A stretch of 64,000 nt of DNA, from the NCBI GenBank assembly GCA_013239625.1, contig MU053487.1:3245058-3309057 (forward strand). Reading direction: 5' to 3'. Source of the stretch: Lama guanicoe (taxonomy: Eukaryota). Numbering within the stretch: position 1 is the first letter of the stretch; each line of letters starts with the position of its first letter. A program made the position numbers and the translations under genes. The notes below the pieces were generated by a model that was not told the DNA's origin, ran no database searches, and saw only the letters and a program-made list of their open reading frames with translations. Positions 24,181 to 35,789 of the stretch are shown piece after piece.

Positions 24181-25794
24181 AGAGATTTGTGAGCGACAAA
24201 TGTTTGAACCTGAGCGACAGATGTGTCTGGGTGAGAAAGAATAGTGCAGGCGGGGGACAGGCCTTTACAAGGCGGTGAGAGAAATGGGGTATTGCAGTTG
24301 GGGTATTTGTGGGGTTGGGGGATAGGATGCTTCTGTCCACTGCCTTATCCGTGCGAAAACCTCCACGAAGTGCCAGACATTGTTGGGGTGGAGCTGGGGA
24401 TCCTCTCCAGATGAAGCTGCAGGTACCGCACTAAGCGACGTAGACACCAGTTCCGACTGCTTGGAATTGACTCACTAGTCAGGAAAGTAGACATTAAATT
24501 AGTAGACAGATTTTTAAAATATACAGGTTTTGGCAAGTGCTAGGAAGGAAATAAGCAAGATGTTCTGGTAGATAATAACCTGGAGACCTAGTTGGGGCGA
24601 TATCAAGGAAGATGCTTTTTCTGAGGCGTTGTCATGTAAATTGAGCACTGAAGGAAGAGGAGTCTTGGGAAGTCTTCCTTGGGAAGATTTTTCCCTGTTG
24701 AGGGATGAGGAAGTGCAAAGGCCTCGAGGAGGGAAAGAGGTTGGTGTGTTTTAGAACCTGAAAGAAGACTGGTAAGGATAGGAAGGTAAGGGAGAGGCCC
24801 GATTTTAGGGACCTTTTCAGCCAAGGTAAGGATTTTCCAATGGATCTGGCTGTCTGGTGTGAAATGTATTTGAAAGCGGTCCAGGAATACTAGTTGGCAG
24901 AGACCAAAACTTGCACAAACGTGGATTGTAATTCTCAGAGAGGCACAGTGATTGGGGGAGGGTGGGGACTGGGGATGAGGGGAGTATTTGTTGGACAACA
25001 ATAATCTAGTGATCTTAGAAATCAAAAGGGGGTGGGTTTAGCTAGACAGAGGCTCAGTCCAACTGACATGAGCAGACCCCTGTGTATTGGAAGAAGGAGA
25101 TTGTCTGCTTTGCTAGATCAGCATCCTGTCCTAAAATTAGTTTTATAACAAAGAGTGGCTGAAAACTCCTTAGCTGTCCTGGGGGGTGTGGGGAGCGGTG
25201 AGTGTTTATTGCGATATGTCTGTGTTTAGAGAAACTTTGTCATATTTCTGTTTTTCACTTTACTTACCTCTTGTTTCAGAACAAATCTGGGCTAAGTTTT
25301 ATCTGAAAGACATCACATTTATTCTTCCTTAAGCCTTTTCATAGATATGCATCCTTATTACATGCTGGGTCTTTGACATGTACTGGTTGGTTCTAAAGAC
25401 AACTAGCTGGGTCTCTTTCTTGATTGATTGCTTCTGAATCCCTCAGAGTTTCATACTGAAGAAAGAGATTAGATAAGAGATTCCAAAATAATATCCATAA
25501 AGTAAGAAATGGGGATCCTTATCATTGTTTTAGAAGAGGAATTTTGCTTTCCTTTCTGGTAAGGTGTTCATCTTTCTCTTGTGAAGAGGAGGGTTGTGGT
25601 CATTCTTAATGCCCTTGCTGTTGAGATGGCACAGGGCTCTAGAGCTTTAGAAACTGGTCAATTTGGTGTCCTCAGCTGAGTTTGTGAGTGAGCAAAAGGG
25701 AGTCTCAGCCCTCTGGGGTAGGGTTAGTCTTCATCTCATTCTTAGGGTAAACCAGGGATAAAAAGTTAAGGACCCCAATGTAATTTGACCACCT

Positions 25795-27245
25795 TATTTT
25801 TAAAAACAACTTTACTCTGAGGTATAATTTCACCCATTTTTAAGTATAAAGTTCACCCATTTTGAAATACAAAATTCAATGATTTTTAGTAAATTTATTG
25901 TATTGTACACCAATCAGCATAACCCAGTTTTAGAATGTTTTCATCCCTTCAGTGAGATCCCTTGTTCCTGTTTACAGTTAATCCCTGTTCTTAGTCCCTG
26001 GCAACTGCAAGTCTACGTATGTTTCCACACATTTGCCTTTTCTGGACATTTCACATAAGTGGGATCATATGCTATATAGTCTTTAATGTTTGGCTTCATT
26101 CACTTAGCATAGTATTTTTTCATTAAAAAAAGCCATAAAATCCACCTGTTTTAAGTGTACAGGTCTATAGTTTTTAGTAAATTTACAGAGTTGTTCAGTC
26201 ATCACCACAGTCCAATTTTAGAACATTTCCATCATTCCAAAAAAGATGCCTCATGTCCATTTGCAGTCACTCCCTGTTCCCACCCCTGCCAGGCAACCAC
26301 AAATCTACTTTCTGTCTCTATAGATTTGTCTTTTCTGGACATTTAATACAAATATGATCATATAATATGTGATCTTTTGTGTTTGGTTTCTTTTACTTGG
26401 CATAATGTTTTTTGAGATTCATCCATGTTACAGACTGTATTAGTACATTGTTCCTTTTTATTGGGCACCACTTGATGGATATTGGGTTGCTTCTGCTTTT
26501 TGCCTGTTTGGAATAATGTTGCTATGAGCATTTACATCATATCTTCATGTGAACATGTTTCATTTTTCTTGAGTGGAATTACGGGGTAAATCTGTGTTTA
26601 ACTTTTTAAGAAATGGATACAGTTTTCAAAGTGACTATACCATTTTACATTCCTATCAGAGATGTAGGAGGGTTCCTATTTCTCTACATTTTTGCCTTCA
26701 TTTGTTCTTTGTCTTTTTGGTTATAGCCATCTTAGTGGATGTGAAGTGGTATCTGATTGTGGTTTTGTTTTGCATTTCCCTAATGGCTAATGAAGATGAG
26801 CTTCTTTTCATGAGCTTGTTTGTTAACTTTTCATATCTCTTCTTTGGTGAAATGTCTATTCATGTCTTTTCCCCCTTTGGGTTGCCCATTGGGTTGTTTT
26901 CTTATTGCGTTATAGAGGTGTGTGTGTGGGTGTGTATTCATTCTGGGTATGAGTCCTCTACCTGATACATAATTTCAGATATTTTCTCCCAGTCTTTTCA
27001 TTTCTTAATGGTGTCTTATAAAGCATAAAAGTTTTGAGTTTTGATCGAGATTAATTTATCACTTTTTTCTTTTTTGTCAAATGTGCTTTTGCTCTTGTAT
27101 CTAAGAAATCTTTACGAACCCACCATTACAACGATTCTTTTTCCTCTGTTTTCTTCTAGGTGTTAGAGTTTTAGCTCTTAGATTTAAGCTTCTGATACAT
27201 TTTAAGTTAATTTTTCTGTAGGGCGTGAAGTAAGATGGACCATCT
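25795..27245 (-). mobile_element. L1MB-type 3' fragments (two 3' ends, nested or tandem) in OXSR1 intron 1
   Basis: Two copies of TTTCTGGACATTT...TTCACTTAGCAT-type 3' UTR (~26040, ~26335), then antisense ORF2 end (GTGAAGTGGTATCTGATTGTGGTTTTG...GCATTTCCCTAATGGCTAATGA). Confidence 0.85.
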
Positions 27246-28304
27246 TGTTTTATAGATGAAGACATGGAGATATGGAAAGGTGAAATGACTTGTCTAAAGT
27301 CAGAGCTAATTACAGGCACAGCCAGCACTGGTGTCCTAATCTAGGATCCTTGTTTCCCGAATCTGCATTTGATTGATTTTTGGAACTAACTGGAAGATGA
27401 TGATTGTAATCTAACAGATTAAAGGAAATATCCTCACAATGAAAAAATCTGACAGCAGCAGATATTTTGTAGATAACTCTTTTGAGTGTAGTAGGATTTG
27501 TTCTCTTTCATGTATCCTGTTTTTCATTTTCTAAAATGTGCTCCCTCTCATCAGTTGAGTTTCTGAAAGTTCCTAACATACTAACTCAACTCTTCACACT
27601 CTCTCTCATCCCGTCTTCCCAACAGGGAAGAAAAAAATGTTTTTCCTTGAACTACAACTAGTACAAGTAGCAAGGCTCAATAAAGCAATGTATTCTTATT
27701 CTTACTTTGCTTCCATACCAAATTGATTGGACTACAATATTTTGTAACAAGCTGTAAGTAGTTTTCAAAATGAATCTTTGTGATTTCTTCAGGTGACACT
27801 CAATTTTTTAAGAAACAAATGGTTAAAATGTAGGGGGAAAATGGTTTGGGAGATCGTTTGAATTTTCTATTTTCAAAGGATTGTGTTTTAAGGAAATGTG
27901 TATAATGGTGTCTGCTTTCTCAAAGCATATACATTTATTTGAACTGTAATTTTTTTGCATATGTGCTACTTGGAATTATATTTGTGGGGTTAATTTCTTG
28001 CATTCTGTTTTGTTCTTTTTCTGCCAAAATCCTATAGAAAAAAGAAAATTCCCTTCCCAGAACATAATAAAAGCATATAAATTGGGAATTCATAGCATTT
28101 CCTTTCGAAGAATTGTATCATCTTAAGCATGCTTTGGCAAAGGTTTGAAGTTTTTAAAGTATGATTACTTGTAGAAGATATAGTGTTATTCTCACTGTTA
28201 ATCATTCATCTTTTCAGTGTTTTTAAGCTCCTTCCTTATCCCTGTTATTGTATTAGAATTTCAGACCAGGTGTTATACTGTATTTGATGTGCATTGAAGC
28301 AACT

Positions 28305-28520
28305 CTAAGAGTATGGACTTTGGGGCTAGACTGATCTGGATTCAGATCTTGGTTTTACCTCTTACTGCCTGTCTGATCTTAGTCAATTTGTACAAATGGT
28401 TTTAGTGTCAGCCTTTTGTCTGTAAAATGGGGAAAATGGTACCTATGTCATGAGGACTGTTTTGTGGACCAAGTGTAATTGTTTGTGGAAAGCTTTTAGC
28501 TTATATTCAATATTCCATAC
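28305..28520 (+). mobile_element. MIR SINE
   Basis: TAAGAGTATGGACTTTGGGGCTAGACTGATCTGGATTCAGATCTTGG...TGTAAAATGGGGAAAATGGTACCTA. Confidence 0.75.
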
Positions 28521-29471
28521 AATGGTTGTCATCTCTGACTTCCTTTTTTCTCTCCCTTTCCTTGTCGTTACACTTCCTAATTTTTGGTATTGCTGTAAAG
28601 TGTGAATACTGTATAATTTGGAATCTTGTAACACTTGTAATCTTGCAATATTTAGAATCTTTGTAATGTTTACTGGACCATCATTGCATCTTTTTTTCCC
28701 CTTTACTTCCAGATCTCATTCAGGTTTAGACGGATTTAAGGGTTTATGTTGGACATGGCAGTATAGCTGTGTATGGCCCTGCCATCCATGGTGTTGCCCA
28801 CAGTACAGTGTGATGGCAAAGTGGGAATCCAGTCTGTCAAGGGCTGTGCCGTGGAGCTTTTGTTTTCGTGCATCTTGAAAAGTCATAGTAAATATTTCCT
28901 GTTTACCTGGGCCTATTTTAGAAAAGTGTTCTTTCAAATCTTGTTTTAGTAAGGTGTGATTCACCTAGCTTTGACACTTTGGTGAAGGCAGTCCACTAAC
29001 TTTATTCTCTACTTTCCCTCTCCTTTATTATCTTCATTAATTGTTCACTAGCCACCCATTCTGATGTTTAAAGTATTGGTTTCCAAATACGGATTCCAGG
29101 ATCCCCTCTCTAGCCCCTCCGTAAATGTGAAAGACAGCATGCTCTGTAAATAGAGTGATGCTTAATGGGTGGTGTGTTTTCTTCCCCTGATTGGCAGATT
29201 TAGCTAGGGTGACATTTTCAGTGAGGCCAACATTGGGCCAACAACCTCATAGGGTTACATCAAATAGGGTTTGCATTTGGCTGCGTGTAATGGGAAACAA
29301 ATAATAGTGGCTTAATGAAATACTTTTTTGCCCCCTTTATATAACAGGAAAACTGGAGTGGCAGCCTAGGTGCCAGCAGGCACCCAGACTCCTAGTTTTT
29401 CACTCCATTCCACTTAGCGCATGACTTGCATTCCCGTAGTTGCAAGATGGTTGTTCCACCTTTAGCCTTGT

Positions 29472-29588
29472 TTATTTTTAATTGTATTTTTATTTTTTTC
29501 ACAGAGGTACTGGGGATTGAACCCAGGACCTCATGCATACTAAGCGTGCACTCTAGCACTGAGCTATATACCCACCTGCCTCCACCCC
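29472..29588 (-). mobile_element. Camelid tRNA-derived SINE with TSD
   Basis: GAGGTACTGGGGATTGAACCCAGGACCTCATGCATACTAAGC...CACTGAGCTATA. TAGCCTTGT repeats at 29463-29471 and 29589-29597. Confidence 0.9.
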
Positions 29589-29984
29589 TAGCCTTGTGCT
29601 TGTCTTCCAGGTCAGAATAATATGGTAAAAGGACAAAGTCACATGATAACTCAGTTGGCTCCCTTTCAAAGGGCTTTCTTTCCTAGAAGCCTTGCTCAGT
29701 GACTTCCATTTCTATTTTATTGGCAGAACTGTGTCATTTGGCCATTTGCAAATGAAATGGAGCTTTTTATTTGGGCACATTGTTACTTCAAACAAAATAG
29801 GTCAAAGTTGTCCATTATAGAAGAAGGGAAAATTGTATGTTGGATAGGCAACTAAAAATGTTGGCCTCGGGTTTTTTTTTTAATTAAAATAGTTAAATAA
29901 GACATTGCAAGTAAATAATTTAACCTGACACATTGTAATGAGTTAATAAATGTTAGCTTTAATCTAAAGAGGTAGTTGCCTACC

Positions 29985-30215
29985 AATTAAGAGCATGGTG
30001 TTGAAACTTCATGCAGTTCTGGTTTCTAGGCCCCACTCTGCTGCTTACTAATTTGTGACCTAAGTCTTAGTTTTGCTTACATTGCTTTGTAAGATCAATT
30101 AATACCTAACTCTTGGGATTATTGTGAGGATTAGATGAAAAAAAGAAATGCAGGTAAAGAGAGTGCTCAGCACAGTACTTGGCACACAGAGTAAATGCTC
30201 AATAAATGTGAGCGC
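29985..30215 (+). mobile_element. MIR SINE
   Basis: ATTGTGAGGATTAGATGA...GCTCAGCACAGTACTTGGCACACAGAGTAAATGCTCAATAAATG. Confidence 0.75.
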
Positions 30216-30329
30216 TTGCGATGGTGATAATAAGGTCATGCCTGTGAAGGATGGGGCTGTTTTTGTGTTTGCTCTGTCCCCAGCGAGGAGATTTTTTTTC
30301 TAGAAAGTATATGCCACTACTTGATTGAC

Positions 30330-31130
30330 TAATCTATTCAACAAATATTTACTGAACTTCTCTTTGTCGGACACAGTTCTCAATGCTAGAGATGAGCAAT
30401 GAAGCAGACAGAAATCCCTGCTTTTGTGGAGTTTATAATCTGGTGGTGATGAAGTGCAGAAGTAAAGTAGGGAAAGGGGTTGGGAACTCCTAGCAAAAGA
30501 GGTGAGTTTTAAAAATGTCAGGGAAAGCCTCACTGAGAAGGTGACATTGAGGAAAGACCTGAGGAGGTGGAGAAGTGAATGTTGTGGTTATCGGCGGGAA
30601 CTTTGTTCCAAGCAGAGAGAGCAGCAGGAACAGAGGCCCTGAAGGAGGAGCATGCTGGCGTGGCTGAGGAATAAGGAGGCGAGGCTGGAGCAGAGTGAGG
30701 TGGAGGGTGAAGAGGTAGACTGCTCGCGGAGATTAGGGGAGCAAGGTGGTAGGGACATGTGGTCCTGGCCATCAGACGGTGCGAAGCCTGGCAAGTCATT
30801 GTGGTACTTGGCTTTTGCTTGGAGTAAAATTGCAAATCACGGCAGGGTTTTGAGCAGAGAATTAATATGATCTGACTTATGTTTTAAAAGAATAACCTGG
30901 GCTGCTATGTGGAGAATACTTCTGTGCGGGTGCGAGGGTGGAAGGAGGGATTATCCAGGGGAGAGAGCTAGTAGTCGAGGTGATGAGAAGCACTCAAATG
31001 CTGGATATAACATACTGAAGTTAGAGATATGCCGTTGGGTTAGATGTGAGACGCATCTAAGATCTTTGGCTGAAGCATCCGGAAGGATAGGGTTACTATC
31101 CGTTGAGCTAGGGGTCACCAGGGTGAACCG
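30330..31130 (-). mobile_element. L2 LINE 3' fragment
   Basis: ATTCAACAAATATTTACTGA...GTCAGGGAAAGCCTCACTGAGAAGGTGACATTGAG...GAGGCTGGAGCAGAGTGAG...GGGTTTTGAGCAGAG...ATGATCTGACTTATGTTTTAAAAG. Confidence 0.85.
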
Positions 31131-32094
31131 GAGAGAGAGGTGATTCATTGCAAAACCATTGGCTGCTAGAATAATTACTCAGTGTATGGCAGTGTGTTTT
31201 AATTTTCATCTTTGTATGGAGAAATAGCATGATTTCTGTGGTAATGACTGTTCTGTTTCACCAGTTCTAGGAGCTTTAATTTTCAATATGACTCTGACAA
31301 GAGGGCTAATTTAGAAAAAGTGTTACAAAATTGTAAATTCCTGTATTTTCCATGGTTCAGGTGACAGTGCCTTAGTCATCTTTCAGAATGAACAGTCTGG
31401 GCCAGCTCTTTAGTGAATGTAAAACCTTACTCAAAAATACTTAAAAACAAAATCTTTATTTTATATATCTGTTATGGTGATAGCTGGTCAAAATTTGGGA
31501 GGAAAATATCTTCAATTGATTTTGTTCATTTGATTTATTTTTTCTTCACAGGCATGAATAAAATCCATTTTTCTGCCTACTCTTTTAAATTTCTGGCTCT
31601 AGTAAAATGGCGAGAGACTCTGAAATTTTTTATTTAGTCCCCCTCATCCCTGTGAGGAGCTCCCTTTCTGTCTCAAGAGATGAGATTACCCGGTTTGAAG
31701 GATTTCAGGAGAAAGCCCATTCTTATTTTTCCACATTAATCCATCCTGGTTTGTAGTGTACACTAATGCAGCAGTTAAAAAACCAGCCAGGAGAGGAGAG
31801 GAAGAGTGGGAGAGTGGCGACGTGGGGAACGGTGCGTGCAGGATGCACGACGTGTAAAATAGTGAGCATCTGAATTAGGGCGCTGTATTGGAAATTGTTT
31901 TACATTTTCCTTTTTATTATTCTTCATATTAGGCCAGTGCTTAGTAGAGGGCATTAGAGCAGTAGCTTTCACACTTTGACTAAACCCTTCCTAACTGGCA
32001 CCTTTTACACATTTGCATGTGTATTTACACTGAAGTGAAAGTTTTACAGGCTAATGTACTTTTACTATGTGTAGTACATACTGATGTTTTCTTC

Positions 32095-32360
32095 TTTTAA
32101 ATTTTTTTATTGAAGTGTGGTTGATTTACACTGTTAGTTTCAGGTGCACAGCAAAGCAATTCAGTTATACCTATAAATATATATACATTTTTCTTTTCAG
32201 ATTCTTTTCCATTATATATTATTACAAGAAATTGAATATAGTTTCTTGTGCTATACAGTAGGTCCTTGTTGTTTATCTGTTTTATATATAGTAATATGTA
32301 TCTGTTGATCTCAAGCTCCTCATTTATCCCTCCTCCATCCTTTCCCCTTTTGTAACCGTT
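32095..32360 (-). mobile_element. Artiodactyl-type L1 3' end
   Basis: TTTTTATTGAAGTGTGGTTGATTTACA...TTCAGATTCTTTTCCATTATA...GTGCTATACAGTAGGTCCTTGTTG, the same family as the 3' UTR at 9700-9975. Confidence 0.85.
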
Positions 32361-33359
32361 TTCTGTGTTTTCTAATTTGATTCTTTTTGCTCTAAGAAAA
32401 ATGATGATTAAAACTCAGTAAATTGACTTTTAGTTTGAAAAATTCCTCATGAAGGAATCTGCTTTAAAAAAGAGATGAAATATTTTGAGCACCTGTATCT
32501 CTAATCCTGTGTTTTTAAATTACTGCAAAAAAGTTGATGAATAGTTAAAATAATTGTAAGTAAAATTTTTAAATATTTTCCCCTATCATATTTATGTTAC
32601 TACTTGCTATTTCTCTGAAGTAAATTTTTTCTCATGAAAGCTAGAGCATCACTGGCTATTCTGAATTAGTGGCATTGAAAGTTGTGAGTATGTTAGTACC
32701 TTAAAATATTTTTGATTGCTAAGCGATATTTTGGCATTTGTTTTGGGAATATCAGTGAAAGCGATTGCTGGCATAGGAGAATTGGAGCCTGCAAGTCTCT
32801 TTTCATCATCAGGTGTGGATAACATTAGCAGCCTGTCTTTTGCCACTTGTTAAATCACAGCAGAATTTAATATCCTGGGGAAGATTGTTAGTGAATCTTT
32901 CAGTGAAAGAAAGGTACTTTAGTATATAAACAGTTATGATTTAGTGTTTTATTATTGGGAAAGTTAATTCTGTCTTTAATTAGAAATTAATAACGAGTAA
33001 ACTTAAAATCAGATATTCCTCTGTATTTAACTGCAGCCTGATTTTGGGTTATATGGGGGGAGGGGGGAGAGAGAGAGAAAGTCATTGATGATGTGTTCTT
33101 GAATATTGGATTTTATTTTGAATTTTGCATTACATAAGCTTTGTGCAGAGATTTTCCTTAGTTTGTTGTAATTACAATTGGGCTTTATCCATGTCAGTGC
33201 TGTGGTTGTGTATATATGGCTTTAACCAGGGATTTTCGAATGAATTTAAATACAACAAACACATACTCTGTGAATTATGTAGTTGTGTATGTAGATTGTC
33301 TTCATTTTTTTAATGTTTGTAGCATATTAATGTTGGAAATGTGGTGGCACACTTGGATT

Positions 33360-34070
33360 TTTTAAATAACAGATTTATTGAGATATAATTCACAAACCAT
33401 AAAATTTGCCCTTTTAAAGTATACAATTCAGTATATTCAGAGTTGTGCAGCCATCACCACTGTCTAGTTCTAGAACATTTTCATAGCTCCAGAAAGAGCT
33501 GCTCTATTGCAGCCCTCCCCATTCCTCTCCTTCTCTAGTTCTTGGCAACCACTGATCTACCTTCTGCCTCTATGGATTCACCTATTCTGGATATTTCATA
33601 TAAATGAAATTACACTGTATGTGGCCTTTTGTATCTGACATATTTACTTAGCATGTTTTCAAGGCTTATTTATGTTGTAGCTTGTATCAGTGCTTTGTTC
33701 CTTTTGACTTCCAAGTGATATTCCATTGTGTGGATATACCATATTTTCTTAGTTCATTCATCAGTTTGGACATTTGGCTTGTTTCCATTATTTGGCTTTT
33801 ATGAATAATACTGTGATGAACACCTGTGTGCAGGTATTTCTGTGTACATGTTTTCTGTTCTCTGGAGTGGAAATGCTAGGTCATATGGTAACTCTGTGTT
33901 TAACATTTTAAGGAAGTGCCAAATTCTTTTCCAAAGTAGCTACATCATTTTATAATCTCACCAGCAATGTAGTACACTTCTAATTTCTCCACATCCTTAC
34001 CAGACTGGTTGTTGTTTCTCTTTTTGATTATAGCCATCCTAGTGGGTAAGTGTTATCTTGCTGTGGTTTG
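33360..34070 (-). mobile_element. L1MB-type 3' fragment
   Basis: TTTATTGAGATATAATTCACAAACCATAAAATT...CCTATTCTGGATATTTCATATAAATG...TATAGCCATCCTAGTGGGT. Confidence 0.85.
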
Positions 34071-35789
34071 GGGAAGAGATTTTTAAAACTGAAAACTTTC
34101 TATTGGAAAATGTTATACATAGCTCATTGTATGTTGATCTTTATTCTTAAATATTTGCGTGAATGTAGTAACAATAAGTAATAAAGAATGAAAGTTTAAC
34201 ATTGAAATAAATAATTCAAAAGAGTATATTTAAATTACTATGATGTCTAACTAAGCCTGACTCTTAGATATTTCACTAATGTTAGACCATTTAAACAATG
34301 GCAACTCTTAATTCATCTTTAAAATAGCCTTTGCTCTTTGCCAAGTTCAGATGTTAGTATATGTTTACTTGTTTTGGAATTTGAAAATGATCGCAAAATT
34401 ATCAAGCTTCTTTTGTTGAAGTACTTTTTTCTTTGGTAGAAATCCAGACATTTTCTAGAAGACATGAATATTTCATTTTAAGATGACAGACATAATTGAA
34501 GTGATTTCTTCTGGTAATATAAATAATAAAGTGAATTATAAATTGGGGGAAATGGACTTCCTACCTAATCATACTTTTCTACATTAGCATCAAAGGACAG
34601 AATACTATGTACTTTTTATTTTCACTTCTGCTAAGATGCTCCTTTCCGCTTTCTGTTAAACACTCTTAACTATTTCTGTGTATCCTGTCAGAAAACTTTG
34701 AACACATATATATCCTTTTATAGAATGCTTTTTCAGTCTTTGGTTTTTTTCCTCTTAGAAATTTAAGTTTTAAAGTCCTTAATGTTAAACTACCATATAA
34801 TTCTCTTAGATGATCTACTTGGCTCTTTTACAGGCTGATGTAGAATCTTATTAAAGTAAATATCTCATTCTTAAAGTGAATGCACTCAGTGAGAGTTGTC
34901 TAAGTAGTATTTCTCCCCAAATATTGAAAGCATGTTGCATTTTACATGAAGCATTCTGCTCAGAGTTGCTTTTTCTTAATACAGTTACTGTGCAATACAT
35001 ATTTTTTCTTTTTCTTCCCCCATGCCCTCTTGTCAACATTTTGGTGAAATCACTTTTTATTTGGGAAGAAGATGAGAGAATGGAGAGGAAGAGGGAAAGA
35101 ATTTAATGATTGCATGTTTTTTCTTTTTCTTTTTCAGTGTTTCCAATTCATTTAGATCCAAGGCTGAGTATTTGTATAGGAGAACCAATGATTAAAACAC
35201 TGAAAAAAACTACAATTTTAGTGTTATGGGTAGAGATAGGGAGTTGGTGGGAATAATTTATCTTTGTATGTTTTGGTAAAGAATCAAGTCCTTTAGAAGC
35301 AGAATAAACCTACCCTATGCTAAATACTTGAGGAGACACAGCTATTTTTTTTAAACAATTTAAACACCTAACAGTAATATAATAGGTAAGTCAATAAACA
35401 GTAACTATATTTATTGAGCATTGCTATTTCTAAGCACGTAGTCAGGAAATGAAGACTTAACCCTGCCAATGATAGTGGAGCTTAAGTTTGAATCTAAGTG
35501 TGTTTTCCATGGAGCCTCTTGAAGTTAGGTGAGTTTCGAGTTGGACTTTGAAAGAAGTAGGAGGTATGGATGTATATGAAGAAAGCAGGGCAAATGGCTT
35601 GCACAGAGGCACGGAGATGGGATTAACTAAATTGCATCTGGGGTGTGGAAAATAAGTTAAAAGTGTTGAGTTATCAAGAAGTACAGTATCAAGTAGTTGC
35701 TGTGGTTTAGTGATCTGAGGAGTGATGTTGTGCAGATGGTGTTTGAAGATTATTTTATTAATGGTAACAGATGAATTGAGGCCTAGGCT

